A stretch of 64,000 nucleotides of DNA from Octopus vulgaris (lineage: Eukaryota), in contig OX597817.1 in the NCBI GenBank assembly GCA_951406725.2, positions 25,606,001 to 25,670,000 on the forward strand, given 5' to 3'. The position numbers and the translations under genes are program-made. Positions 12,160 through 24,466 of the stretch are shown piece after piece. The notes beneath the pieces were generated by a model that saw only the letters and a program-made list of their open reading frames with translations, was not told the origin of the DNA and did no database searches. Every line of letters starts with the position of its first letter. The first letter of the stretch is position 1.

Positions 12160-15100
12160 GTTATTAGTTAGTAGGTATTTTCTTTTTAAAGTTTAGTGAC
12201 AACAGGTACTCCTCAAATTTCAAGAATTTGCAAAATAAAGGATGGTACTTTTCTGCAGATCGACAATCTGACTTTCAATTTCAATTTCTTTCAGTCTTTT
12301 AAGAAGCAGTTTGTGAGTTGTGCCAAGTAAGCCTATTCTAATTTTGGTAACCTTGCTTCTGTAATGGTATTCCATTACATTTCTTACAATTCTATTATTA
12401 TATTGAGTCCATTTTTTCTTAATCTTCGTAGAAGCGTTTTGATAACAACCAGGTCCACTCTACTGTGCATTGCTGCACTTTCCATATCAGAAACCTTTCC
12501 TTTCTTCTTTATCGCATTCCTTGTTGTCAGCTAGGCATGCTATATCTGTGATCCAGCATCGTTTGCTTTCTTTCTCAATTAACACTCTGCCAGGTTTCCT
12601 ATTCTCTATCTTAAGGTCGCACTGAATCATATAATGCCATAGAATCTTTGCATTATCATTTTCGATGATGCCTTCGGGTTTATGTTTGTACCACTTTTCT
12701 TTGCTCTTTTTTGTTGCAAAGTGTCCAATGGACAATCCTTGCTATGTCGTCATGACGTCTCTTATATTCTTTCTGGGCTAGTGGCGTACATTGACTAGTA
12801 ATATGCAACTTCAGCAACTTCCTTGTCTTTCTGTCTAAGCTATTTAGCTCGTCTACTCTCCTTGCGATTACCCCTGCTCCATATATAAGGAGTGAAACTC
12901 CTGGTGTTGATAGATTCAATCTTATTCCGCCTGTTTAATTTCGATTTTAAGGATCAGTCTCAGTCTACACAAGTACTCCACCTTAAATTTTTCTGTCATT
13001 TCTTTCTCCATCAATTTATCCATTTCCAATATCTCCTAATAGTTATAGCCCGTCTCTTCTATTTGCTTCATAACCTCCTCCGACGGTTTCTCAAGCCCTT
13101 CCATATATTTAATTGTGCCTCTCTTCAAGACTAACACATTACACTTTTTCAATCTGAACTCCTGATATTAGCATTGAAACTATACATCGTATCAACGAGG
13201 GAACTGACTTGGGATTTATCTTTACCATAAAGTTTGAGGTCATCCATGAATAACAAGTGGTTGACAGCTCTTTTGTTGACAGCTCTTGAATACATACCCA
13301 GGCTTTGCTTTCTCAGAATCAGTGCTAGCAGCATCATGCACAGTACAAAGATCAGTGGGGACAGACAATCTCCTTGGAAGATGCCTCTCCTGATTTCTGT
13401 TGTCGCTAAACTTCTTCTATATGCTGTCAGTTCTGTCCTCTATTTCACCATACTTTTTCAAAGCAATGGCTCAACATTCGATGCAATACCAAATAGGTTC
13501 ATACATTCCATAATGTAAGCATGCGGGATCATATCGTATGTCTTACGATAATCGATCTATGACATGACTAAGTTACTTTTTCTCCTCTTGCATTCTCTAA
13601 GTACAGTTTTGTCTACCAGGAGTTGATCCTTGGTACCTCTGTACTTACGCTTGCAACCCTTCTGCTCATGTGGCAGGACTCTGTTTTTCTCCAGATGTCC
13701 GTACATTGACTCTGCGATTATTCTAGTCAGTAATTTCTACATAAACAGCAAGCAGGATATCGGCCTGTAGTTGCCTACCGTATTGCTTTTTTCCAATATT
13801 TTTCAAGCACAGTACTGTCCTACCTATTTTCAACCACTCTAGTGCTAATTGGTCGGCATTTAACAAGGTGTTGAGTTGTGCAGCTATTCGTAAATGACAT
13901 TCACTAAATCTTTTGATCCAGAAGCCTTGAACTCCGTCTCGTCTCGAGGCCTTCCAGTTGCCCAATTATTGCTGATTTCCTTCACTTCCCTAGCTGAAAT
14001 GGCTAGTGCTGCCTGTTGTGGACACACTACTGTTTGTTTCAGTTCTTGCAACCATTCAGTATCCTTCTTGTGTTCCTTGTCTTTGCTCCAGGTGTCACTC
14101 CAAATCTTTTGACTTTCAGTGTTATCTGGCATCAACTTTTCATCTGTACACTTTCCATTTATTTCTTTGTAGAAACTCTTCTGATCTATTCTAAATAACC
14201 TATTCTGCTGGTATCCCTTCATTCTTTGGTCGTATCTTACCATCTTTACTTTCTTTGCAACGAGGCGCTGTTTCAGTTCCTCCATTACCACTTTCAGACC
14301 CTTTCTTTGGATATCATATTTCTTGTTCAGCGCCCTGTATTTTTCTTTGCTTTTAAGCTTCTCGTTCTCATTTCGGTCTAACACAGAAATGTTCTTCGAG
14401 AGCATATCTAACCCCGCCTGTATTCTTCTTTTCCACCATGAATCTTTTCTTTTGTCATTCCAATTATATTACTTTTTCTTGACACCAACACCCACTTTTT
14501 CTACTACAATACTTGCTGCCTTGATCAAATTATTTGTTTCTGTGATGTTCTTTGTTCTGATGTATTTCAGAATTTCATTCATAATTTTCGTTTCTTATTT
14601 CAATTTCCACCGATCAACCTTTTTACGGTTGCAAATAATGTCGCTATCATTCTCCTTTAGCCTTGCCTTTATTCTGTTGTAGATTGCCTTTTGACCATCT
14701 GTCATGTCACCATTAGTTTTATTGTCTTCATCCAGACCATCTATATCTCTCATTGAGCAAACTATCACTGTTCCTTTCCTGTGGTTTATTAGAGATCTCA
14801 CCTCTGTTTTCTGCAATGAGATTACTTTTATTAGTAGGAACTGTATCTTCATCGTTTCCTCTGTTGCTGTTTTCCAATACCGTCTTTTGATAATAGATTC
14901 GAGCTCTACTTCTGTGAACCAACGAGGTTATTTTATTACTCTAGCTTGATCCCATGATCTCGGTTCCATGAGTTGAAACAACCCTCTTTCTCTCGATTGA
15001 TCATACAAACGTTGTCATTATCCCCTAATATGTGGACGATTTTCGTCTACAGGGTTGGTCAGGTAATAATACCCCATGACCACAGCATTGATTTGTGTAC

Positions 15101-15365
15101 TCCATCTACGCCATGTGCGGTGGTCCATTGCTGGATAATGACAGAATGGAGCAGGATCAGTATCTCTAAGCCTGCCTGGTGCAACACTGTCACCATCAAG
15201 GGCTTCAGTTTCATTACCACCATTATTCACAATATTTTGTTTTTTCATTGTCACTCATATGAGGCAGCAGTTATCAGGGGGTGCAAATACCAGTGTTTTT
15301 ATTGTGACACTATCACTAGATGTTTCATCGATCAGGACATGGGAATGTTCCAACCGCTTCTTTTC
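12160..15365 (-). mobile_element. R4/Dong-clade non-LTR retrotransposon (RT + restriction-like endonuclease), decayed and internally deleted
   Basis: N-term RRWSTQINAVVMGYYY; RT motifs NWKASRRDGVQGFWIKRF, GIFQGDCLSPL, NHLLFMDDLKLY; RLE region KRRHDDIARIVHW...ENDNAKILW...NRKPGRVLIEK...ITDIAC. Many stops and frameshifts; short TAA-type repeats at both ends. Confidence 0.88.
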
Positions 15366-15626
15366 ATTAGTATTATTATCATCACCGATATTATTACTTT
15401 CATTGTTGACTATTTGGCTAATTGAGTTTGGCAAATTTTGTGTTAGTCCTAGGTTCCAAGTCTTATCTCTTCGCATAAACAATTTGACAGAGCACCGCTT
15501 CTATCACTATAAACCAATAAATGTAATCAAATGAGACAAAGAAACAAACAAAAAACTAATATCCACTCCTATTTTTTCTGCGGGGGGTATATATTTGTTC
15601 AATGCCAGAAGGTGTATGTGTATGTA

Positions 15627-15697
<71 letters not shown>

Positions 15698-15716
15698 ATA
15701 TATATATATATATATA

Positions 15717-15750
<34 letters not shown>

Positions 15751-15773
15751 GATATGTATATATATATATATAG

Positions 15774-15836
<63 letters not shown>

Positions 15837-15848
15837 ATATATATATAC

Positions 15849-17133
15849 AGAGGGGCGTTCAATAAGTAATGCCCCTGACCCACTTCCCATAGCAGTAAAG
15901 CAACGAAACTTGGCACAGTTATTAGTCTTTTTCTACATAGGAACCACTCAGAGTTACACATTTCTCCCATCGTTTGATGCAACTCTGGAGACCGTTTTTG
16001 TAGAAGACCCCAGCTTGGTCCTCCAACCACGACGTGACTTCAGAAATCAAGGCTGCATCATCTGGGAAACGCTTTCCTTTCAAAAACAACTTCATGGCTA
16101 GGAAGAGGTGAAAATCAGAGGGTGCAAGGTCAGGAGAGTAGGGGGTGGGGGAGGAGTTCATAGCCGCGCGCCTGTACTTCTGATCTGGCGACACGCGAGT
16201 TGTAGACCGGAGCGTTGTCCTGCAGGAGGAGGATGCCTTTGCTGATCTTGCCCCGCCTCTTGATTTTGATAACTTCTCTTAATTTCCTCAAAAGTGAAGC
16301 ATAATAGGCTCCTGTAATTGTGGTACCCTTTGCCAGGAAATCTGTCATCACTACTCCGTCCTGGTCTCAGAAGACTGTGAGCATGACCTTGCCAGCGGAG
16401 GGCTGCACCCTTGCCTTCTTTGGAGGAGGTGAGTCACGGAGCTTCTACTGCATTGACTGGGCTTTGGTCTCTGGATCATAGTGATGGACCCAGGTTTCAT
16501 CCTGTGTAATCAGTCTTTTGAAAAATTTGACTCTTCTTCTTGGCACATCTCCAAATTCATCCTCGAGCTCTCAACGTGTCCCTGCTTCTGGAAAGGTGTG
16601 AGCAATCTGGGAATCCATCTGGCAGACACCTTTTGCATATGCAAATGGTCATGAATGATAGTTTCCACAGACCCGGTACTAAACTTGACCTCATGGGCTA
16701 TTTGGCGAATAGTTATGCGTCGATCTTCCAAAATGGCAGCCTCAACTTGACGGACAGATGCCTCATCAATGGCAGAAGGGAGGCGACCAGATCTGGGAGC
16801 TGTTTCCACAGAGTTCCAACCATGTTTGAATTCACAATGCCAGCGTTTTACAAGGTCATATGATGGGGCATCATCACCATAAGTTACTTTCATTTCATCA
16901 AAATTCTCTCGTGGTGTGCGTCCTTTCAAATACAAAACCGGATCACTGCTCGACACTCAACAGGCTCCATTTCACACTTGACTCAGTTCAAACACCTGTA
17001 TATCAGAAACCACAATTAGTTCAGAGCTGTAATTTTCCACCTAATCTATAGAGATATAAATAATTGCACAGGTAAATTTTCAGGTAGATCAAACAACTGC
17101 AAGTGGGTCAGAGGCATTACTTATTGAACGCCC

Positions 17134-17137
<4 letters not shown>
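15849..17137 (-). mobile_element. Full-length mariner transposon (probably irritans/Bytmar-like), 36-bp TIRs, in (TA)n
   Basis: TIR GAGGGGCGTTCAATAAGTAATGCC(C/T)CTGACCCACTT at 15850-15885 and inverted at 17101-17136, ~1.29 kb, TA flanks. Confidence 0.93.
15922..16970 (-). pseudogene. Mariner DD34D transposase, frameshifted
   Basis: Fragments contain HTH region, SARWIPRLLT, ITQDETWVHHYDPE, LLLQDNAP and YSPDLAPSDFHLF. Confidence 0.92.
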
Positions 17138-17176
<39 letters not shown>

Positions 17177-17181
<5 letters not shown>

Positions 17182-17508
17182 TAAATATTAGGGAATAAAT
17201 CCAAATTTACAGGGAAAAAATCAGATTTAGGATTAAATCCAATTTTATAGTAAAATATTAAATAATATTAATTCGAGACAAAACCACTATTTTGCAAAAC
17301 AAACAAGGAAAGACTTAATCAATACATAAAAATTTTAATATAAAATAAATAAACCGCCACTACAATCAGTTTTAATTAAAACTGATTAGAAGATCGGAAA
17401 TCCACCTGACGAATGTCATTTGCAGACATGAAACAATTGTAGTGGCGGTTTATTTATTTCCTTGTTTGTTTTGCAAAATAGTGGTTTTGTCTCGAATTAA
17501 TATTATAT
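17177..17508. mobile_element. HHR family B fold-back mini-element (inverted pseudo-LTR pieces) in (TA)n
   Basis: 17263-17366 is inverted relative to 17436-17506, apart from an indel. Same family as 53042-55350. Confidence 0.8.
17402..17445 (+). ncRNA. Minimal type-I hammerhead ribozyme
   Basis: CCAC-CTGACGA-ATGTC-ATTTGCA-GACAT-GAAA-CAATTG-TA-GTGG: canonical core, paired stems, palindromic stem III. Confidence 0.9.
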
Positions 17509-17513
17509 ATATG

Positions 17514-17549
<36 letters not shown>

Positions 17550-17911
17550 TGTTTATTGCTTTTGTCATCAATTATGATTAGTCTTTGTCGTTTGTTTTTA
17601 TTCGATTCGCATATGTGCGTTCGCGCTTGTTTCTACATTACATAATGTTATTTTGAAAAACTAGGGTGAATACGTAATGAATTAGTTTACGTACTTACGT
17701 GTTTCTGATGTGCATTTAATCGGATATAGTCCAATACATACTTACTCGGATATAGTCCAACACTTTTAATGGGTATTACTTCGGTGTAGTCCAGCGCTTT
17801 GTCAGTGTGGCGAGCGTGTTTGTCAGAGTGACGGAGGTGATACACAGTTAAAATACATCGTTTCATAATTATTTACATTATTTGTTGCCTTCATTTTTCG
17901 ATGTTGTTATA

Positions 17912-18133
17912 ATTATTATTATTATTATTATTCGAGTCACTGCCTGGAATCGAACTCGGTTTCTTGGGGTTAGTAGCCCGCGCCTTAACCACTACGCCAT
18001 ATGCCCGTGGGCAATTACGGTGTGAAATTTTTTAGAGCTTATAAACCTAATATTTTCCTATCCTTCCTATTAGATTTATAAGCCCTAAAAATTCGCTCCA
18101 TAATTGCCCACGGGCATATGGCGTAGTGGCTAA
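17912..18133 (-). mobile_element. tRNA-like repeat with (AAT)n tail and fold-back 5' region
   Basis: Reverse complement of 17936-18006 is GGGCATATGGCGTAGTGGTTAAGGCGCGGGCTACTAACCCCAAGAAACCGAGTTCGATTCCAGGCAGTGAC, with A and B boxes. Inverted arms at 17986-18052 and 18068-18133. Confidence 0.7.
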
Positions 18134-18214
18134 CGATTCTGCCAGCTCACCACTTTGAGCATGTCCAAATAACGGAAAATATTAACGGTTACCAAGTGGA
18201 ACGTCATATCTTCT

Positions 18215-18598
18215 TCTTTATATATAAAAGAGAGGTTGTGTGCTGTCTGTCTCCTACGATTTAGATTCCTAACTACTCCCACATTTTGCGGTGCAGTTTA
18301 ACCAAAACCGGGTATCTTATAGTCGTGATTCATATCGAGCCCTTCTGGGTATTAACGCGCGTCTACGATGAGTCTACGATTTAAAAAAAAATTTACCATC
18401 AATTTTTCCCATTTTTAATGCATTTTTGGCATATATAAGGGAAGTAACTCTCTAAAAATTTATTATTAAATCTCAGAACGTAAAAAGCTACAGTATCAGC
18501 CCCCCACACACACACTTTGTGGTTAGCCATATTGAGATGGCTATTATACTTTACATCTCTAAAAATGCTTATATAGTTATTTCCCTTACAAACCCGAG
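18215..18598 (+). mobile_element. Non-autonomous Helitron, 3'-truncated
   Basis: Starts TCTTTATATATAAAAG and is homologous to the complete copy at 55888-56285. It stops within the 3' hairpin. Confidence 0.8.
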
Positions 18599-19192
18599 TT
18601 AACAATAAGAATTTATGAAACGTGTTTCAAAGTGAACTCAGCTATAGATAACAACGTAAATACATAGGGTTAAAATCCCCTAGGATGGAAAAAAACAAAA
18701 CAAAAAGAAGGAAAAGAAAACAGAATGTTACCTGCAGGACATGAACTATTCATCTCCTGCGATGCAGTCTGACATGACACCAATTATTCTAAAACCCTTC
18801 AATCTATCACCTATCAAATTAAATGCTGTAATCTTATCAGTGAGAAACTTTGTTTGCATTTAGAAGGCAAAAGCAGAGGAATTGAGAGATATGTAAATGA
18901 GTCTTTATGATATATCTTGAAGAGGATGCAGTTTTCTGCCTCTTTTCCATCCATGGGATTTTAATCTAATGTAAAACAGGTTATCGTCTATGACTGAATT
19001 TGCATCATATCATGACTATGTGATAATGAAGCTTGTCTCATAACAATGTAATTTTGGGTTCAGTCCCACTTGACAGCAACTTGAGCATTTTGGTATACAT
19101 TATGGTCACAGACCAACCAATGCCTTGTGAGTGAATTTGATTGGTGGAAAATGTGTTGAAGCCCTCATTTATGTATGTATATATATATAGAG

Positions 19193-19234
<42 letters not shown>

Positions 19235-20319
19235 ATTCAGATGAATATGGTACTTAAGTTGAGGCACCAGAATTGAGTACGGTATTATCCATACAATTTC
19301 AATATATATATATGCGTGTGTGTGTGAATGTATGTGTGTGTGTGTGTGTGTGTGTAAGTATGTATGTGTGTGTATATATATGTATGTATGTATATATATA
19401 TATATATATCTGTGTGTGTGTGTCAGGCCATTTGTGAGGTTCTCATGATTGCTACTGGTAACATGGAATCCAGTACAACCTGTCGCATATTCAGATTGTT
19501 GGTAATTAAACCGACACCCCCACCAGGCTACCCTGGTGAGGAAGGTTGCTAGAAACCCAACAGGACTAAAAGCAAGACCAGTTAAAAGGCCAGATGAACC
19601 TAGTGCATGTTCGACGACTATCTAGCAATAGAACGGGCATGTAGAAATTCCAGGCTGGTGTCTGGCATGCTAGAAGACCACTGAGAGTGAGGCACCCCAT
19701 AGCTCTTGTTGAAGCGTTCTCTAGGAGATGGCTACTCTGATATAAAACCAGATATTAGGGAATGGCATTGGACATTTTGGGGATCTTTTGCTAATGCTTG
19801 AGACCATGGGACTCCCACATTCCTGAGCCTGAAACTCATATTCGCACCAGACATCTTACCTCCACTTGTCTCTAGATAATGTCAGTAGAGTGGAGAGGGC
19901 ATATGAGGTTTCGTGCAAGCATTATTGGGCTTAAAACTTTGCACAGTTATTGCTGACGTTTCCTTTACTTGTGCATTACTTCTCTTTTTCTTTCTTTTTG
20001 TTTTGTTTAGATATATATTTATATATATTTTATTCAGAAGTCCTGCAGTGATGGGAAAATGGTGAAACATGCAGAACTGATGTATTAGAAGCATACAGTC
20101 AGTGACCTGCACATAGACTGCCCATGTTAGATAAGACAGTGATGGGATTCCATTGCTGCATGGGTATCTGAGCATCTCCATTTAGGGAGAGGATGGGTCA
20201 CCTGGAGGCTGGGGAATTTCTAGAAAAGGTGAACCAAAAATTACCTGTCTTTATCTGGTCAGTTTAGTGTGGCTGACAGACGTTCATCTGTGCTTGAAAA
20301 GCAAAGAGAATACTTATAA

Positions 20320-20620
20320 AAGTATTCACACTGGAATGTGTGCAGTGTTGGATAACAAGAGTGACTGTAGACCTGAAAGATGCACTGCACTTCTTACTTG
20401 CAAGGTGAACAATTATAACACTGATATAGCTGCACTTCCAGAGACTCATGTAGAAGGTGATGGTGAGCTTAAGGAAGTAGGAGGTGTATGCACCATTTTT
20501 GGAAGGGGAAACCGAAGAAGCCCAGAGAGGTTGGTGTTGGAGGAGCTTCTTGTTCCTAAACATGATCGTCTAATGACTCTACGTTTGCACCTGAGAAGTG
20601 AGTGGTTTCACATCATTAGT
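20320..20620 (+). pseudogene. RTE-clade LINE apurinic endonuclease N-terminal fragment
   Basis: VLDNKSDCRPERCTALLTCKVNNYNTDIAALPETHVEGDGELKEVGGVCTIFGRG...DRLMTLRLHL resembles the RTE motif DRPERRTALVARELARYNIDIAALSETR...RLMTLRLPL. Confidence 0.8.
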
Positions 20621-20754
20621 GATCATTCCAAGCACTGTGAGGTTGACTGGATGTTTGATATTTTTCCCTCTTGGTATATGTCCTCAGATTGCACTGGCCT
20701 TAGATTGATGCTCAAACATTTATGCATACATACATGTATATAAATGTATGTATA

Positions 20755-20900
20755 CTGGAGTAAGTACATAAATGCAAAAGATGTGTAAAAATAGTACTCG
20801 AATACCAGAGGTAGAGTAATATGCTTTATTAAATACAGCAAATATATCACAAAAAACTGTTACTCAGAGTTTCACATTCCCGTTCGTCAGACAGTTTTGT
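20755..20900 (-). mobile_element. HHR family A pseudo-LTR end
   Basis: Homologous to 5940-6017 and to the reverse complement of 42290-42432. Confidence 0.75.
20853..20898 (-). ncRNA. Minimal type-I hammerhead ribozyme (family A, canonical core)
   Basis: Reverse complement reads AAAACTGT-CTGACGA-ACG-GGAA-TGT-GAAA-CTCTGAG-TA-ACAGTTTT. Confidence 0.85.
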
Positions 20901-21627
20901 TTAGAATGGAACAAAAATATGGTTATAAGTAAAAATATACAATTAGTTTGATAGATACACATTTGAACATGGTTTTGTTTCATTGGTCTTTTCAACTAGT
21001 AGTCTTTTCCTTAACCCATTGCCTGCAATAACAAATTGTGGTGTGATATCATGTTATAAAAATCTGAGAAAACCTTAAATCAAAAATAGCTTATAAAGAA
21101 GGACAGAGCCTGAAAACCCAGGGTAAATAATTAGCTGTATGTTATTACCTATAATAATATTTGCATTATCCAACTTCACCTTTGGTTACTGGTCTAAGAG
21201 TAAAACAGCATAACAGCACAATAGCTACCAGACGTCAGAAAATCTTCTTGACTCATCATATTAAAAGAGAACAATATTTTCTCGTATAGTTGGGTTTTTT
21301 TTTCACTTCATGATTATATGAAATGGTATTTTCTTTCTATTTCTTCTATTTTTATTTTTCTCTTTTTTTTTGTTGAGAGCCAAATACTTATGCCTTTACT
21401 TGTAAGGATAGATATATGTATATAAGATCTGAGATCTTCAGACAGTGTTATGACACTTCACAGTGTCACTGTTTAATCTCTAGGTGTTTTGTGAATTAAG
21501 TCAAATCTGATCAACTTCTACAAATATTTGGCTGTGAAGTATATTTAAGATCTGACAACTCTACTTACAATTAGACACATAATATATATTATTTAATTCT
21601 TTATTCATTAATTCTGTACTTGGTAAA

Positions 21628-22090
21628 ATGGATAAATTTTAAATTAATCAAAAGAAAAGCTGTTGAAGGTTACTGAAAAATCAACAGAATGTAGTGTGAA
21701 CAGATAAAATTAATCAAGAACTTGATAGTGAAGTTTCTGCATAAGTGGATAAGGAATGTACAGGAAAATTTATTGATCCTTGAAGGTTATAAGAAACTGG
21801 GTTTTACATTTTCTTTTAACAAAAGAAATCCATGTCTACTTGCATTTGCAATGCTATACTTGCAAATAAAAGTATGATGCTGAATAACTTGAAGCACCCT
21901 TTTAACTCCAGATATCTTTCATTGGGAAATCACTTTGAATACTTCAAAGAGATTTCAAAATTTAAAAAGAAGTAATCAGCAGTTTTCTCCAAAAAATTGA
22001 AAACACGAAATACAACTCAAGAGGCAGGATATTTAGTTGCTCAAATAATAGTTCAAAACAAGAAACTGCACAAAAGTAGAGAAACTACTA
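21628..22090 (+). pseudogene. hAT (Charlie/Buster, ZBED5-like) transposase N-terminal remnant
   Basis: Decayed frames give LGFTF...CICNAILANKSMMLNNLKH...EYFKE and QEAGYLVAQIIVQNKKLHK, resembling Charlie-type GFT..CxxC..LANESMKPSKLKRH and EASYLVA..IAK.KKPHT. Confidence 0.6.
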
Positions 22091-24241
22091 AAGTTTCTCT
22101 TGTATTGAAAGATTATTGTTGTGACACTTCAAATAATAGTTGGTCCTTAATTTGAGTCTGTGAAGTATAGAATAAAGGTATGTTTAAACTTTTCCAAGAG
22201 AATCAGCAAATTAGATTTTGTGATCAAAACAAGCTCCAGAGCATAAAATTGGATACCTTAAATTAAATTAAATTAAATAAACGCCAACTTCGAAAAGGAA
22301 GAAGAAAATATGTTTGGGTGACAAAATTTCCCAAAATGACAAAGTAGTGATCTAGAAAGGAAAAAAGTAAAAGATAGTAATTTTCAAATGTTTTTCAAAC
22401 CAGCTTCAGGTGTTGATTATTCAGCAATATGTGGATCGATCGTTTCAGCCAATACAAATATTTCACAAAAATTCACTAAAATAAAAAAAAAATCACAATC
22501 TACTTTTGTATTTGAGGAACTGATAAGTTCTAAGATTTAAATTTTAGAGAAGCATTCTGAGATAACTACAAAAGTTAATTTTCAATTTTATACAAATTTG
22601 GATTTCAATTATGTCAAACAAAAACACTTGGTATTTAGGGATTTAATTTTTTTCAAGCATTCCGAATTTATGGTCTTTGTAGCATTTTGTGCATTAATTT
22701 CCTGGTCATTTGAATTCAGCCTTCTCACATTTGTCTCATGAAACAAATTCTCACATTTTGTGCGGTTCTTTGATATCAAGTTCCCAATTCATGTATATCC
22801 AATGTAGCCTTAAGCTGGCCAAGTATCATATGAAAGAGATTTAGCCGCTACGAGTAGGTAGTTGGGCAACTACATATAGTCCTATGGCTTTCCTTATTGA
22901 CTTCAATGTCGCTGCAAATAGATTCCCTGCTATAATGCTCCTCAACATCACGTGTATATGCATAAGTCAGACAAATTTAAATTATCATTTAGTCGCAGTA
23001 TAGCTAAGTTTGAGTAGACCAATGATCAAAGGTGTTTTAGCCAGGATAATGTTGTCTTTCTTCAAAGTGCATCTGGGACTTTCAAATAATGTACTTTTCT
23101 TTTTATTGAGATAATAATAAAGTATGACTTGAAGAAAATTAGGATAACATCTCTACCAATATTGAGTGACCACATAGAAGCTCTCTGCTCCCTGGCTGGC
23201 CCAAGAAACAGGGATTCTTTGGTGCTGAAAATAAGCATATCCTCCATCTATTTGTATGCATTTTCCTGGTGATATATTACTATGGAATTCATGAATACTC
23301 TTCGTCATAATCCTCATTAACAGAGAAACCACCACAGTCAACATTCTCTCTGTCATCATCATCGTCATCAGCAGCGTCCTTCTCCTCCTCTTCATCATCA
23401 TCATCGTCGTCGTCGTCGTCATCGTAGCCGTCATCATCCACCTACTTAACATCATCAAAACCATCATCGTTGGTGTTATATATATATTGATGTTCAGAAA
23501 GGCAATAAGAAAAGAACACAACATGAATATATGATTACAATTTTTACAACTTTTTCCGTATTTAATAACAGATACCACTTTACCACTACGCAAAAATCTT
23601 CACATTCAAAGTCAATTTTATTGTTGTTATTATTATTGTTGTTGTTGTTGTTGTAGTTGTTATTGCCATATTTACTTAGCAACACATTATAATACTTCAA
23701 TACCATTAACTTCCCAGCATGTTCATTTGTTTTATTTTTATTTCCAATATCAATTGTTTATTTAGTTTGTGTTTATTTAAACATGTGTGTGTGTGTACAT
23801 ATAGACATACATATTTATATTTATGTTTAAACAAATGCATATTTTCATTTTTCCACTCCATCTCCTTTTCTTTATATATTTCCCTACAAATTTTTGAGGA
23901 TTTGTTTGCAAGAAAGATTTCATATTTATGTCTGATTCATCGTTATTGCTATTTTTGTTGTTGTTGCTGTTGTCATTGTCTTGTTTTGTTTATGTTTATT
24001 TATATATAACCCAGAGTTCCTTGTTACATCATTAAGATTGTCAAGTTCTTGTTTTCTCTTAAGTGTTTCTACATCAACAGAAATTAAGTCTTCTGAGAAT
24101 TACTGTCATACTAGAAGTTAAACAATCGCAATGATTATTTTATAAATATCCATTATATATATTTATATATATGTATTCACAAATGAATAAATACATAAAT
24201 ACATGCATAGACACATACACACACACACACATACACATGTC

Positions 24242-24311
<70 letters not shown>

Positions 24312-24320
24312 GATATATAT

Positions 24321-24391
<71 letters not shown>

Positions 24392-24419
24392 CACATATAT
24401 ATGTTGATCTTTCTCCCAC

Positions 24420-24466
<47 letters not shown>

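Noticed and set aside
17936-18006. Functional tRNA gene
   Set aside because: The acceptor stem does not pair, and it sits in a repeat with an (AAT)n tail.
18732-18810. Possible minus-strand exon with AG/GT boundaries
   Set aside because: Stops occur in all three frames and no partner exons were found. A non-coding exon cannot be excluded.
23153-23593. 146-aa Met/Thr/Arg-rich ORF
   Set aside because: Derived from CAT/CGT trinucleotide repeats.
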